Positions 63,022 to 64,000 of a stretch of 64,000 bases of DNA are shown here, one piece after another. Position 1 is the stretch's first letter. Each line of letters starts with the position of its first letter. The notes beneath the pieces were generated by a model that was given only the letters and a program-made list of their open reading frames with translations, was not told the origin of the DNA and searched no databases. Origin of the DNA: Lingula anatina (taxonomy: Eukaryota; Animalia; Brachiopoda); assembly GCA_051362555.1 (NCBI GenBank), contig CM120648.1, positions 15,682,587-15,746,586 of the forward strand, in the 5' to 3' direction. Made by a program: the position numbers and the translations under genes.

Positions 63022-64000
63022 TACATCACTCACAACAACTCCATGAAGTTTGGCTGCAAAATATGTATTTTTAGGAGAAATATATAACAAATTGTGAAAA
63101 ATCGGATGAATAAAAATTATGTATAAGTGGATAGGATAATTAATTAATATTTACTTCTTTTCATTCTGAGGACAAACATTTCTATATAAATGTCATATAA
63201 AATATAGAAAACACTTGTTTGTTTACATTTTCTTCTAATCCCCATTTACTTCCAGTTCAATGCATTTTTTTCAATATGGCCGACAGTAAGTGCATTCATA
63301 TGGTTTTATAAGACATACTTTTTAAACATTTTTTTTCAGTAGGGACTTATTGCAAAAAAGTGTAATGAGGTATTTCAGAAAGCTTAATATCCAAAATTAA
63401 ACATGATAAAAATCTAGAACAATCTAAGTAGTGGTAAAAAGCTTTTAAGGCAGATTTTTCCAAGATAGCCGCTATAATAACTCGTCACTGTAGGTAAATG
63501 GTGTTGTTTAATTTAGATAGTATTTTGCTAGAAATAAATGGAGGTAAAACCTTGAAATACACACAAGGTTAAAGAAAATGACCTATTCACTGACAAAAAA
63601 CTTATCTAATAGGAATTATGCACGCAAAGACAAGATTGACCAGCTTGTACAGATTTTCACTAAAATGTTGCCTAAAATTGCAAATTATGTTTTTAAAGAT
63701 AGGCAATTGGATTTGTTTGGGTGTTAAATATAACATTATATCATTCACAACAACTTTGTCAGGTTTGGCTACAAATATGGCTCTTTAGGAGAAATATGAA
63801 TCTTAGTGTGAAAATCAGACAAATAAGGATTCTGAATAAGTGGTCAGGATAAGACTTCTTTTCATTATGGGAACAAATATTTATTTGCTTATATCATACA
63901 TATATGATATATATGGAAAACACTTTTTTGTATTATTTAGTATACCCATCTAATTACCTTTTCAAAGCATTTTCCAATATGACTGTCAGCGAGATTATTC
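63022..64000 (+). repeat. Further tandem units of the unclassified repeat
   Basis: 63022-63300 resembles 63738-64000 (CACAACAACT...GTTTGGCT.CAAA...TTTAGGAGAAATAT). 63410-63750 resembles 55316-55670. Confidence 0.6.

Overview
AT-rich, intron-containing animal DNA; the repeat landscape suggests a marine invertebrate, probably a mollusc (inference). Three host genes can be reconstructed with consistent splice phases: an HSD11B1-like short-chain dehydrogenase (minus, 8913-12727), a type II membrane TNF-superfamily ligand (minus, 31546-42599), and, head-to-head with it, a small secreted 12-Cys protein I cannot assign to a family (plus, 44097-53854). Most of the rest is transposable elements. A very young, intact Gypsy/Ty3 LTR retrotransposon (12743-20604) sits 15 bp upstream of the SDR start codon; it has an RRM-headed PNMA-type Gag, a tRNA-Lys(UUU) PBS, a UUUAAAC/pseudoknot -1 frameshift and an apparent intron inside the LTR. 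A TTAA-ended Kolobok-like DNA transposon (about 22361-27108) carries a 9-exon gene splicing a DDE transposase to a DEDDh 3'-5' exonuclease with intact catalytic motifs; this is the best candidate for a novel system. There are also nested Harbinger, EnSpm-type, Academ, Tc1, Sola3-like, L2, RTEX and SINE relics. All calls were made by eye; no database searches were run.
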